Below, piece by piece: positions 22,401 to 31,783 of a DNA stretch of 64,000 bases. The translations under genes and the position numbers were made by a program. Within the stretch, counting starts at the first letter, position 1, and each line of letters begins with the position of its first letter. The stretch comes from a virus: IMG/VR virus record IMGVR_UViG_3300032286_000710, positions 102,605 to 166,604 of that record; one strand, written 5' to 3'. The notes under the pieces were generated by a model. The model saw only the letters and a list, made by a program, of their open reading frames with translations. It was not told where the DNA came from and made no database searches.

Positions 22401-22574
22401 AGTTGGTGCTAAAGTATTATTGTTTAGAAAATTTGCAGTTGCAGATGAGAATGTGCCAAATACTGTACTGACTCCAGTTGCTGTTGCTCCGTCAGCAGCA
22501 TTAGCTAATAAAGTAAAGCTACTACCAGCATAATTATCGTTTCCATTATCATAATCTACAAAAAATGTTGTCAT
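19419..22574 (-). CDS. Tailspike/receptor-binding protein with carbohydrate-binding and beta-helix regions
   Basis: 1051 aa. GNGWYRL...GLQIEQGSSATSY CBM-like motif and Asn-rich parallel beta-helix repeats. Confidence 0.6.
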   Translation of the reverse strand: MTTFFVDYDNGNDNYAGSSFTLLANAADGATATGVSTVFGTFSSATANFLNNNTLAPTKNLAWYSNSLYLNSILTSVILSKDSITGPTGVDASVYRLTEDSILNFHYFQSATYYTPFLATTPYTISVYAKASERTKIILRLDSDAKAARFNLSNGTVEATGASATSSISTPLGNGWYRLTLTATTAGVGDNIQIILIPNTDTGLTTVNYNGDSLSGLYICGLQIEQGSSATSYEKPPEQCLSIYNGTSYIQYYITQWLSSTSLRINQSPTSASPVSVQSAIRQYYIGGRWKTITNGALSTRLVSDDTVKIMSSPDPTSIGSATWVGSKMQGSSSINSTTNASPIVVSCASTMATLGISNGDTVVITGHTTNINANGTWEVTSVTGSTCALVGSTGNAVGGTVGFLRKVSNQRVILSSSPIVNIASHGNRGNGRTAWTPQTADITTSLVTTDVAGGIKEGDCSDSIAVGPNFTTGLAAYKATGSLNLSGYQQLSFWIKQTAGTIGASGAISLVLCSDTAGATAVNTFNIENLTVLNRWTPITIDLATNLGSSIQSIGFYVNTDNGTQTFLLSNIIACKASSSADSLNLCSLIGKNTSGETWCGIQSINGTRVMLDTGGQWGPISIGTANMQIPGYDGTSETVTTYKRETIKVPLATATSTNNVSLLNFQRGGAVPTNPINYLFGWNRTDMSTRTGESWFDGRNGYGYGMYNYYIPGSCLNVDRMCCVRFYFGFSPNGATSSTVSNCHFNNNEGNGGLYLREIKNVVYNNIYCCYNSLGGVYMFSNAGQCYLNNFTIMSNNGNGLTYYNVQGNYLNNFIIKNNIVGINPTPGNLLICNSGIISDSWTYGIDNSFGSDITVKNCTFSTNSTASVRSYSPALYLVNCAVNDTTETIYNAAGYGLNSKIFSHNHDQTTNNHNIFCEYGLIYTTTSVRNTNNGIAWAMAPTNTARYIDYPLDLSLAKIAVSANSLVTVRAWMRRTNVGLVMRLRIKGGQIGGVSSDVVSYMTESADTWQQVSLSFTPTETGVVEILAECWGGSTYTGYVDDLSITQV

Positions 22575-23668
22575 TATACATTCCTATTTAAAGAAGCTTG
22601 AAAAGATTTAATTATATTGTAGTAAGTTGAAACTTCTGTAGAATTCATTTGGTTTCCTATTGAATATGCTCCAAGTCGGTCTGCACCAAAACCGGCTAGA
22701 GTTCCTTTCCTATTAGTTGCAAAAATTGCTACTCCATAAGCTGGAAAAGTTTGATAAGTAGGAACTCTAGATGATAAAGATCCAGTATCTTGTAAACCAT
22801 TTCTATATAAAATTTGTGATGATCCGGCAGAGCGAGAAGAAGAACATAAGCTAAAGAATGCTGATGTTGTAGATGTGTCGCCTTGACTACCAACACTAGA
22901 TGCCAAACATGATCTTAATACATTGGAACTACCATAATCCATATTAAAAGTAGTCCAACCAGAATCAAACGCATTATCACATCCAAGTATATGCTGAGAT
23001 ATTACTGGGCTTGGAACACAATTAAAAGCAGCAAGATGACATCCATCATTCATAGAAGTTGGTAATAATCCAGTAAATAATCCTTTAGTAGAACTATTTC
23101 CTATTAATCCACCGTTAGATCCCGTTTCATTATAATCAGATGAAACAAAGTTAAAATTTATATCTGAAGCATAACCAAAAATTGTTTGACTGCCACCGGC
23201 TGAATAATTAGTTGGCCCAACATATATTGGAACTAGACAAGCTTGCAAATTATTTCCACAAAATAAATTGAGCCTATAGAATTTATTTCTTAGCCCCGCA
23301 TTATCTATAGCATTACAAAAAATATTTAACGATGATATCGTAGAACTGTTAACAGTACCACCATTCCAATAAACAGTATTAAGCCAGTTTTGCACATCTC
23401 TATGATTAGAGGTTAGATCTATTTTTTTAATATCAATTGAATAAGCATTATTACTAGCATAGAATGGCTGACCCAAAGACGCAAAATCCAAACTTCTAGT
23501 ATCTTGAAATTTTGAAGCTATATTAACAAATGGTTGACCAAGATAAGCAAAATCCATAGTTTGTATTTTATCTTTGGCTGGTAGTTTGTTAACATTAGTA
23601 ACTCTACCCTTGTTACCAATATAACTAAGTTTAAATGAGTTTCCAGCTTTTCTAACATTAAATGACAT
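22574..23668 (-). CDS. Virion protein, possibly lectin/LamG-like
   Basis: Start reassigned to MSFNV after a GGAG RBS; lies in the fibre cluster. Confidence 0.5.
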   Translation of the reverse strand: MSFNVRKAGNSFKLSYIGNKGRVTNVNKLPAKDKIQTMDFAYLGQPFVNIASKFQDTRSLDFASLGQPFYASNNAYSIDIKKIDLTSNHRDVQNWLNTVYWNGGTVNSSTISSLNIFCNAIDNAGLRNKFYRLNLFCGNNLQACLVPIYVGPTNYSAGGSQTIFGYASDINFNFVSSDYNETGSNGGLIGNSSTKGLFTGLLPTSMNDGCHLAAFNCVPSPVISQHILGCDNAFDSGWTTFNMDYGSSNVLRSCLASSVGSQGDTSTTSAFFSLCSSSRSAGSSQILYRNGLQDTGSLSSRVPTYQTFPAYGVAIFATNRKGTLAGFGADRLGAYSIGNQMNSTEVSTYYNIIKSFQASLNRNV

Positions 23669-23682
23669 TATTATTCTCCATA

Positions 23683-25341
23683 TTACGGTATTACTGTCCA
23701 ACCCTTACTAAGAGCAATACCAGTATTGCTAGCAGATGCTCCCCAATTGCCGGTAATAACAATAGTTGTACCAGCAGAAACACCGCTGCTAAGAAGATTA
23801 GTATATATATTATTTAATGCTCCAGATGATAGCGATAACCCGCCTAGATTAATGCTAGCACTTAAACCAGATCCATTTATAGTTTCCAAGGAAACGCACC
23901 CATTAAACATATTGTTAGTATTTCCTACTGTCGCATTATACCCTGTTGTTGCGCTGGTAGCACTCATATTTAAACCAGATACTATTCTAAGTTTAGTACA
24001 ACCGGTAAACATGCCAGTAAAATTATTTACATTTCTGGTATCTAGTCCAGATACTGCTTCTAGATTTCTACAATTTTGAAACATATTACTCATATTGGTT
24101 ACGCCACTAGTATTAGTTAATATTGGTATAGTTTTTAGTAGACCGCAATTACCAAACATAAAATCAGTTCTTGTTGCTGACGCTAAATTAAAAGGACCAG
24201 CCCCTGTTATGCTAGTAGCTAAATAGGCAAAATTTTGAAAAGTAGTATTTTTACTAGTATCAAATGATGGAATGTTTTGTAAACTAAAAGCTTGAAAGAA
24301 TATACTGGCCATATTTGTAACACCGCTAGTATTAAATAATGGTACTTGTTTAAGTCTTGAAGCACCACTAAACATTCCGTTCATACCTGTACAAGATATA
24401 GTATTAAAGAATGGCACTGACTCAAGAGAGGAGCATCCTCCGAACATATTACTCATATTTGTAACTTTAGAAGTATCAAAAAATGGTACTGTTTTTAGTA
24501 AATAACAGGATTGAAACATAGAATTCATAGCAGTAACTTTTCTAGTATCATATGGGGGTACATACTTTAATGAAGTGCAAGTATTAAAGAACGGGCCAAC
24601 TGTTGCATTGCTACTATCATAAAAGGGGGCATGTTCTAGTGAGCTACAATTATCAAAAAATGAAGTATTTGTTAATAAAGAAGTATTTGGTAAAATAACA
24701 TTTTTTAATGAATAGCAAAATCTAAATAGAGATGACATACCTACGCCTATACTATCACTTACCTTATTAAGTATAATTGCGCTTTCTAAATATGGTGGTA
24801 TATTAACATTACTTCCACCACCTAAACTCAAAGTAACAAGTCCACTACCATTAACTATAAACTCTAACCATTTACTCTGGTAGGTACTTAAAGATGATTG
24901 ATTATGTTTTCTATCTTGAGCAAATCCAACCAGTTCAACACCAGCACTTCCAGAAGGTATTATACTAACAATAACCTGTTTATATCCTAAAGATGATGCA
25001 TTGCCACTATTACTAGTAGAACTATCTGCTATATTAGCATAGTTGTATTTATATTGAATATTAGTCATAGTATTATTAGTAACAAAACTTTGAACAGTTC
25101 CATCTCCCCAATCAACTGTAACTCCATTAGGGGTAGCTCCTTGGGCTTGAGCACCAAAACATATGAAGTTATTATCACTATCGTCTACTCTATATAATCC
25201 TACTATTCTTTGAGTACCAGTAGCACTAATATCTGGCATGGTCATCCATAGTGGATTACGCACCCAAGGAGTTATTGCTAATTCTTGGTTAACTAAGTTT
25301 CTAGTATTAGCATTTCTACTAACATTAGTGTTAATACTCAT
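23683..25341 (-). CDS. BspA/DUF285-type leucine-rich repeat protein
   Basis: Tandem DTSKVTNMSNMFxxCxxLxxVP repeats and a VDWGDG PKD-like motif. Confidence 0.8.
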   Translation of the reverse strand: MSINTNVSRNANTRNLVNQELAITPWVRNPLWMTMPDISATGTQRIVGLYRVDDSDNNFICFGAQAQGATPNGVTVDWGDGTVQSFVTNNTMTNIQYKYNYANIADSSTSNSGNASSLGYKQVIVSIIPSGSAGVELVGFAQDRKHNQSSLSTYQSKWLEFIVNGSGLVTLSLGGGSNVNIPPYLESAIILNKVSDSIGVGMSSLFRFCYSLKNVILPNTSLLTNTSFFDNCSSLEHAPFYDSSNATVGPFFNTCTSLKYVPPYDTRKVTAMNSMFQSCYLLKTVPFFDTSKVTNMSNMFGGCSSLESVPFFNTISCTGMNGMFSGASRLKQVPLFNTSGVTNMASIFFQAFSLQNIPSFDTSKNTTFQNFAYLATSITGAGPFNLASATRTDFMFGNCGLLKTIPILTNTSGVTNMSNMFQNCRNLEAVSGLDTRNVNNFTGMFTGCTKLRIVSGLNMSATSATTGYNATVGNTNNMFNGCVSLETINGSGLSASINLGGLSLSSGALNNIYTNLLSSGVSAGTTIVITGNWGASASNTGIALSKGWTVIP

Positions 25342-25670
25342 GTTATTTCGCTTCCGAATACGTTAAAGGATAAACCGCTGTTACTTGGAGTATAAACACT
25401 AATAATATCACCAGAACCAAGTGATAATCCAAGACTTAAAAAATTACTATCATTACCAGCAACTTGGGCGTCATATGCTATATAATGCTGACTAACAATC
25501 GATGCTCCGCTAGGGCGAACTGCTATTCTGTATGTATTAACAAATCCCGCTAAGTTACAAACGCTTAGAGTCGAACAAACCGCCTGTGTTCCGCTAGGAA
25601 CTGTATATAGTGTAGTTAAACCGCTAGCGGCTGGAACTACTTGTCCTAAGACCTTATAATTTACTGCCAT
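25338..25670 (-). CDS. Small virion protein
   Basis: YKVLGQ...TLYTVP...FNVFGSEI pattern typical of proteins that follow fibre genes. Confidence 0.55.
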   Translation of the reverse strand: MAVNYKVLGQVVPAASGLTTLYTVPSGTQAVCSTLSVCNLAGFVNTYRIAVRPSGASIVSQHYIAYDAQVAGNDSNFLSLGLSLGSGDIISVYTPSNSGLSFNVFGSEIT

Positions 25671-25671
25671 A

Positions 25672-28600
25672 TTACATTCCTGCTAATAAGAAGGGGTGAA
25701 TAAAATTAACTGTATTTACTACTAATGTGTCACTACTGCTATTATAATCTAAAGATACTCCATTTCCACCAGATAAAGATGTGGTAGCATTACTGTCTAT
25801 AGTAAGGGTATTGGCACTGTCATTATATGTTAAACTCATTCCAGAACCAGCAATAAGAAGTCCCGCTACTTCATCATCTATTATTTCGCCTAGTGGAACA
25901 CCGCTTACGCTTAAAACTCCACTAACATTAACATTTCCATTGACATCTAACTTGTATTGTGGATTAGTTGTACCAATTCCAACATTATTTGCAAAATAAG
26001 CACCGCCAGAACTATTTATATATGAAAGAACGTTTGATGCAATATCTCTTGTCTCAATAGCATTAGCAGTTTGACTAGATACTTGTTCAATAAGTAATCC
26101 TCTTCTTCCCGGCGCTACAGTATTAACCTCTAAGCTTGCAAAATTACTCCAACCGGTTTTAGAAACTGCTAAAGTTGTATTATTAATAAATCCAGTTGGT
26201 CCAAATGATAAATATCTAGCTCCTCCACCTTGAGTAACATAGAAAGCGTTGGTGCTGTTGGTTCTTACATCTAAATCATACGTTGGGGTTGTAGTTCCAA
26301 TACCAACTCCAGAAGAAAATATTCCTGTACCTATAACATGTAGTTGACCACTTGGAGAAGTTGTTCCTATCCCAACGCTACCAAAAATACCACTGTTAGT
26401 AACATTTATTCCATTACTAAATTGAGCAGTAGTTCCACTGAAAGTTAGTCCACCGCCATTGCCATCTTGAGATATACTACCATTATTTGACAATTCAATA
26501 GCGGTAGCTGAAACACCATTTCCAAGTCTTATTTTTGATGCTTGAATTCTAAATGCCGTAGCGGTAGGTGAATTAAAGTATAATGCTCCATTGTCTGCTA
26601 GAATTGATCCACCATAACCATCAGCATTTTCTAATCTTATACCTTGAGCATTTGCAGACGAGCCACTAACATGAATTAAGTCTAATGGAGAATTCGTTCC
26701 AACGCCTATTCCAGAAGAAAAGATACCAGTACCAACAACATGAAGTTGTCCGCTTGGAGTGGTTGTTCCAATACCAACTAAACCGCTATTTGTAACACGA
26801 ATTCTTTCGGTTCCAGCAGTACGAATTCTAACTTGTTGATTAACATTACTGCCATCATACGATTGACCCAAAGTTACTGGTTGGTTTGCAGATTGTATGT
26901 CAACAGCGCCGTCTTGATTTCCTACTTTTACAGATGCACTTCCAGCATCAAGAAATAAATTACCATTAATATCTGCTCTAACTTTTAATGCTGTATCAGA
27001 AGATGCACTAGATTTAAAATATACTGTCCCTAAATTATTTCCAGTGCCTCTAACATAAACATCACCAGCAACATCCAAAAATCCAGATGGAGTAATAGTT
27101 CCTATACCAACGTTACCATTACTTAATACGCTTAATCTTTCAGTTCTGCCCTGTGTTCCATCTCCATTATTCATTAACACTGCAAACCTACTAGCCCCAC
27201 TAACACTTGTGGATGCTATAGAATGAAGAGTATTATAACCATCATATGCACTAGAACCATTCCATAATCCATTATAAAATCTAAGTTCATTAGGATTACT
27301 TTGAGTTGCGATAGAAGTTGGAGTAGAGGTTTTTGGAAAAGTTAAAGTGCCATTAGCATAAGTGGTCCCACCAAGATATGTACTTGCACTGAAAAATAAA
27401 TTAGTTGCTGTAATATCTATTCTATTAGTAGCACTATTATTAAATTGAATATTAGCATTACCAGATGGACCATAAATATAACCGTTAGTTGAACTATCAC
27501 CCACAATGATACCACTACTGAATATACCGCTACCTATAACATGAAGTCTGGATGTTGGATTTGTTGTTCCAATACCAACATTAGTACCATTATCAAAAAC
27601 TAAACTATTACTTAGTCCACTACCATTAGTTCCAAACTTGCTTAAATAATTAGCAGTCCCTACCGGTAGTAGTCCGCTTACACTACTATTGAAGTTTGTA
27701 ATGTCGCTAGGTGAATGAGTATGACCACTAGCACTAACATCAACGTTATTAACTTTTAGCGAAGTAAAATTTCCACTGGGGCCACTAATACTTCCAGTAA
27801 AAATTGCACCACTAAGACTTGCTTTAGTGCCGATGTTAGTATTTACAGTAGTAGCAAAATTAGCATCATTGCCAAGAGCAGCTGCTAGCTCATTAAGAGT
27901 ATCTAGTGCGGTTGGTGCAGAAGCTACTAGGTTGCTTATTTCTGTACGAACGAATGCTGTACTAGCAATTTGAGTGTTATTAGTTCCAGCACTTGCTGTT
28001 GGAGTTAGTGGGGTTCCGGTGAATGTTGGACTACTTAGCGGTGCATAAACTCCGTTAGTTAAAGTGTTTACTCTAGAATCTACTTGAGTTTGAGTTAAAC
28101 CAAATGTTCCAGTAGTAGATATTGTATAATTAGAACCAACGGCAGATATACCAATACCATTACCAGCAGTTAATAATGTTATTGGTAATAATCCACTAAC
28201 ACTAGTATTGAAATCTGTTATATTACTAGAAGGGTGATTGTGTGAACTAGAAGCATAATTTCCAGATGGTTGTTTATTATCAAGAGTTGTTTGAAGTGAT
28301 ATAATATCAGCTATATTGTGAGTATGCCCACTAAGTGCAACACCAGTAGCTCCAACCCTAAGAGAAGTAAATGTACCGCTATTAAATATAGTAGGGCTAG
28401 TAAAAGTTTTTGGTCCAGTAATAACTTGACCCCCAGCGGTCATAACAAAGTCTGAATCAGCACCAGCTTCTGGTAAGTAATAAGTTCTATCTACATAAAG
28501 ATTGTTTGTTGGAGTAATGGTTATAGTATTATTAAATAGTGAGCCAATATTGCCTTTAATCAAAATATCTTTTTTATTATTGTATACGCCATCACCAGAA

Positions 28601-29253
28601 CTAGCAGTAAATCTTACGCCACTATTACTAGAAAAAGTTTTTATACCGCTTATAGATTGATCTAAATTTGTTGACCTTACAACGGTAGAAGAGTCTACAG
28701 CAATACTGTCTGCACTTACAATTAATCCATCACCCTGACCAACATCAAAACTTCTACTAGATGAAAGATTGCCACCCCCAGCTAAACCACTACCAGCTGA
28801 AAAAATGACACCAGATAATGCAATGTTCTGAACATTATTTAAAGCAAGATCTGACTTAATTTGTGAAGATGTTCTAGTGTATATATTACGAGAGAATGTA
28901 GATGGGTCAGATACTAGTACTGGAAAATAAGATGGTGTTAGTAATGTGGGTTGAAATTTAAAAGATGAATTTCCAGAAGATATAATATCTCCAGTAAATA
29001 TTTTAGATCCGCTTATTGCTTGATCGTCAAATGTTCTTACTATAGTGTTACCACTAGTTAAGTTCTCAATTAAGTATCCACTACCAACCCTACTAACAGG
29101 AAGAATTCCGCTAGTAAATAATATTGGATAGCCACTAGGAGTATCAAATGTAATAAAATTATCAGAAGATTTTATCTCTATGATAATATCGTGATCTTTG
29201 AGAACATCAAGATTAACTACATTTTCAATAACTTCTATAGTGTAGTTGCTCAT
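25672..29253 (-). CDS. Long tail fibre protein
   Basis: 1193 aa with PTFTGTP...TQIASTAFV, APTALDTLNELAAALGND and repeated VGIGTTxP motifs. Confidence 0.8.
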   Translation of the reverse strand: MSNYTIEVIENVVNLDVLKDHDIIIEIKSSDNFITFDTPSGYPILFTSGILPVSRVGSGYLIENLTSGNTIVRTFDDQAISGSKIFTGDIISSGNSSFKFQPTLLTPSYFPVLVSDPSTFSRNIYTRTSSQIKSDLALNNVQNIALSGVIFSAGSGLAGGGNLSSSRSFDVGQGDGLIVSADSIAVDSSTVVRSTNLDQSISGIKTFSSNSGVRFTASSGDGVYNNKKDILIKGNIGSLFNNTITITPTNNLYVDRTYYLPEAGADSDFVMTAGGQVITGPKTFTSPTIFNSGTFTSLRVGATGVALSGHTHNIADIISLQTTLDNKQPSGNYASSSHNHPSSNITDFNTSVSGLLPITLLTAGNGIGISAVGSNYTISTTGTFGLTQTQVDSRVNTLTNGVYAPLSSPTFTGTPLTPTASAGTNNTQIASTAFVRTEISNLVASAPTALDTLNELAAALGNDANFATTVNTNIGTKASLSGAIFTGSISGPSGNFTSLKVNNVDVSASGHTHSPSDITNFNSSVSGLLPVGTANYLSKFGTNGSGLSNSLVFDNGTNVGIGTTNPTSRLHVIGSGIFSSGIIVGDSSTNGYIYGPSGNANIQFNNSATNRIDITATNLFFSASTYLGGTTYANGTLTFPKTSTPTSIATQSNPNELRFYNGLWNGSSAYDGYNTLHSIASTSVSGASRFAVLMNNGDGTQGRTERLSVLSNGNVGIGTITPSGFLDVAGDVYVRGTGNNLGTVYFKSSASSDTALKVRADINGNLFLDAGSASVKVGNQDGAVDIQSANQPVTLGQSYDGSNVNQQVRIRTAGTERIRVTNSGLVGIGTTTPSGQLHVVGTGIFSSGIGVGTNSPLDLIHVSGSSANAQGIRLENADGYGGSILADNGALYFNSPTATAFRIQASKIRLGNGVSATAIELSNNGSISQDGNGGGLTFSGTTAQFSNGINVTNSGIFGSVGIGTTSPSGQLHVIGTGIFSSGVGIGTTTPTYDLDVRTNSTNAFYVTQGGGARYLSFGPTGFINNTTLAVSKTGWSNFASLEVNTVAPGRRGLLIEQVSSQTANAIETRDIASNVLSYINSSGGAYFANNVGIGTTNPQYKLDVNGNVNVSGVLSVSGVPLGEIIDDEVAGLLIAGSGMSLTYNDSANTLTIDSNATTSLSGGNGVSLDYNSSSDTLVVNTVNFIHPFLLAGM

Positions 29254-29649
29254 TTAGCACTCCATTTGGGTAGAATTTTTGCTATTTCTTTTGATGATTG
29301 TTATAAGACCAAACAATACCCTTGTTGTATATTGGCCACCATTAGTATAAAAAATATCGTTTGATTCTAACTCAAAATCATATTTTGCCGTTTTGAACGT
29401 AAAGTTATTGGTGGTGGAGGCTGGTAACATAAGAGTGATCTTACCATTAACTCCATCTATAGACATTTTATAATCTGAATTAGAGTTTCCAGATGTGTAA
29501 GTTATTGTTTGATTATCGCTGGTCGTAATTAGCATTCTGGCGCACCAGTTAGTAATGTCAATTGGTGTGCCTGTATTGTTTTTATAAATGAATGTTAGGT
29601 TATAAGAAGAACCTTGTTCAACATCAAAATCATATTTTGCAGCTGCCAT
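29254..29649 (-). CDS. Fibre-attachment/baseplate (BppU N-terminal-like) protein
   Basis: EQGS...PIDIT...GKITLML...YDFEL pattern. Confidence 0.5.
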   Translation of the reverse strand: MAAAKYDFDVEQGSSYNLTFIYKNNTGTPIDITNWCARMLITTSDNQTITYTSGNSNSDYKMSIDGVNGKITLMLPASTTNNFTFKTAKYDFELESNDIFYTNGGQYTTRVLFGLITIIKRNSKNSTQMEC

Positions 29650-29650
29650 T

Positions 29651-31744
29651 TTATTCTTCCATTTCTGCTAATTGTGATTGGATATATAAACTTATGACAC
29701 GCATTCTATACTTGTCTATATTCATAGACTCTGGATTAATACTTTCTTCTTGTAGAACACTAGCAAAAGCTGCGGGGGTCTTTCTATTTTCACTAAGTAT
29801 GTCTCTTATTGAAGTAGCATTGACTTCAGACATAATATCTACATTAGTAAGAACATCTACTTTTAATTTTTCTAGTTCTTTTACTTCTGATTTTGTTAGC
29901 TGTCTTAAGTTCTTTTTAGATTTAGAATTTAGATATGCGTCAGTAAGAACATCTGAAATTTCTTTCCAACTTTCTTCTGCCCAATATACAAACTCAGCTA
30001 CTCCCGGTTTCTTTTTTGGAGTTGCTACTCTTTGTTTTCTTGGTCCAGTATCTTGTTTAAATTGTGGTCTGCCATTTGGATTGCTAGGTTTAGGTGCATT
30101 AGGAAGACCTCCACCCGGTGTTACTGGCTTTGGCATTAATATATCCTTTGGAACACTTGTTTTTAAACCAACATCTTGGGGATTAACCTTTCCAGCCTGT
30201 AGAGCAATCTTTTCAAGATCCATTTTATGATTAGCATTATGAAATGGACTAGCTTTGTCTGGAGTATCTTCACCTTGTCGTTCTTCAAATTCTCTTTGCA
30301 GTCTAATCTTTTCAATCTGAGGAATTTCCTTAAATCTTTCAAGAACAGTTTCTTGGCTAATAATATCTCTATCAACAAGTTGTAGTAGAAGGGCTTTCTC
30401 TGCGGCTTCATCAGATAGTGTCATTTGGTCAAACTGAATATAGGCTTTGTATCTAAAACCCATAGCTTGTCTTACCATTTCAATTTCTTTTTCCCAAAAT
30501 CTAGTTAGCTGATCTCTACCGTACTGAAGTCTTTCTACTAGAGTCTTGAGGGAGATAAAGTTATTAGTAAAACCACCGCCGCCAGTAGCCATACCAGTTA
30601 ATGTTGGGGGAACACCTAATCCAGCATATATACTATTAAGTACCGAAGTATATTTTTCAGAACCAAGGAATTTGTATACTTCGCTGCTAGATTCTTGAAA
30701 GGATAGTTCTGGCCCCCAAACTAATTCCATCGTGCCACCACCAACATTACTGGCTAGAATATCTCGTAGTTTATTAATAGCTGTTTTGTTTGGTAAAATT
30801 TTGTGTTCAAGATTACCAAGTGTCCATAAGCGAATATTAGATATAGCACCATCCAAAGCGGACATATCTGCTAATCTCATCTTTTCTAACATGATAATAT
30901 CATCTAGGATAGCATAGATCATGGGATTTGCCCACATCTGCCAATCATCTTTCTTATAGTGAAAAACACAGAGTCTTTCTGAATCAAGCGGGATTCTTTT
31001 TTCTTTATTTAGTAATGCTTTCTTAATATCAGTTGGTAAGCTATCAAGAACATCATTAGGAAGTGAGCCTGACTGAAAAGTATCTAGGAATGTTCCAGCA
31101 CTTAAGGTATAGTTTGAAACACCCATAAACAATGCCATCTTACCATCTTTTAAATCTACAGTAAGGGGGCTAAAGAAGTTGTATCTCCAAGGAATTTGAT
31201 TTTGTTTCATATTTGGAGTTTCAACTTTGATATCCTTTGCTAGAGATTTCATATATTTTTCAAGCTCTGGAGTCACATTCGCATAACTACGATACATGAT
31301 AACATTACCAGTTTTATAAAGATTGTTTAAGAATCTTTCTGATCTTTCTTTTCCATTTACACTCTTAAACCACTGTTGGTAGAATTTTTCAACAGTTTTA
31401 TTAGGGTGAACAATGCTGATACCCTGACTACCAAAGTCGCCCATCAAATCAATAATATTTCTTATAATTCCAACTTTATCATAAGCGTCCATACACATCT
31501 TAATGATACGCTTTTGTTGAGTAGGTACAGACTCGGTTTGTCTGAATGCGTAATAGTCAAGTTTATTAAAACCGGGTCTTACTGACCTATTTGGCTCAAT
31601 GTCTGTAAAGTTTCTGTAGGCATCACTACCAGTAGATTTATTTAAGCCAGAATAAGAATTGATATTGTCGGACAATCTCTCCATAGCATTAGATTTGCTA
31701 GAAAAATTGTCATCAGACCAAGTTATCATGTCTTCTTCACTCAT
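29651..31744 (-). CDS. Portal protein
   Basis: 697 aa directly downstream of TerL; IIRNIIDLM and IYAGLGVPPTL portal-like motifs. Confidence 0.75.
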   Translation of the reverse strand: MSEEDMITWSDDNFSSKSNAMERLSDNINSYSGLNKSTGSDAYRNFTDIEPNRSVRPGFNKLDYYAFRQTESVPTQQKRIIKMCMDAYDKVGIIRNIIDLMGDFGSQGISIVHPNKTVEKFYQQWFKSVNGKERSERFLNNLYKTGNVIMYRSYANVTPELEKYMKSLAKDIKVETPNMKQNQIPWRYNFFSPLTVDLKDGKMALFMGVSNYTLSAGTFLDTFQSGSLPNDVLDSLPTDIKKALLNKEKRIPLDSERLCVFHYKKDDWQMWANPMIYAILDDIIMLEKMRLADMSALDGAISNIRLWTLGNLEHKILPNKTAINKLRDILASNVGGGTMELVWGPELSFQESSSEVYKFLGSEKYTSVLNSIYAGLGVPPTLTGMATGGGGFTNNFISLKTLVERLQYGRDQLTRFWEKEIEMVRQAMGFRYKAYIQFDQMTLSDEAAEKALLLQLVDRDIISQETVLERFKEIPQIEKIRLQREFEERQGEDTPDKASPFHNANHKMDLEKIALQAGKVNPQDVGLKTSVPKDILMPKPVTPGGGLPNAPKPSNPNGRPQFKQDTGPRKQRVATPKKKPGVAEFVYWAEESWKEISDVLTDAYLNSKSKKNLRQLTKSEVKELEKLKVDVLTNVDIMSEVNATSIRDILSENRKTPAAFASVLQEESINPESMNIDKYRMRVISLYIQSQLAEMEE

Positions 31745-31783
31745 AATTTTTCCTTAATTGGAATGTAATCGGAATGCTACTTT

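Noticed and set aside
19419-29253. Diversity-generating retroelement acting on fibre genes
   Set aside because: No reverse transcriptase and no template/variable repeat pair differing at adenines was seen.
29592-30230. 212-aa plus-strand ORF
   Set aside because: It is antisense to the portal gene.
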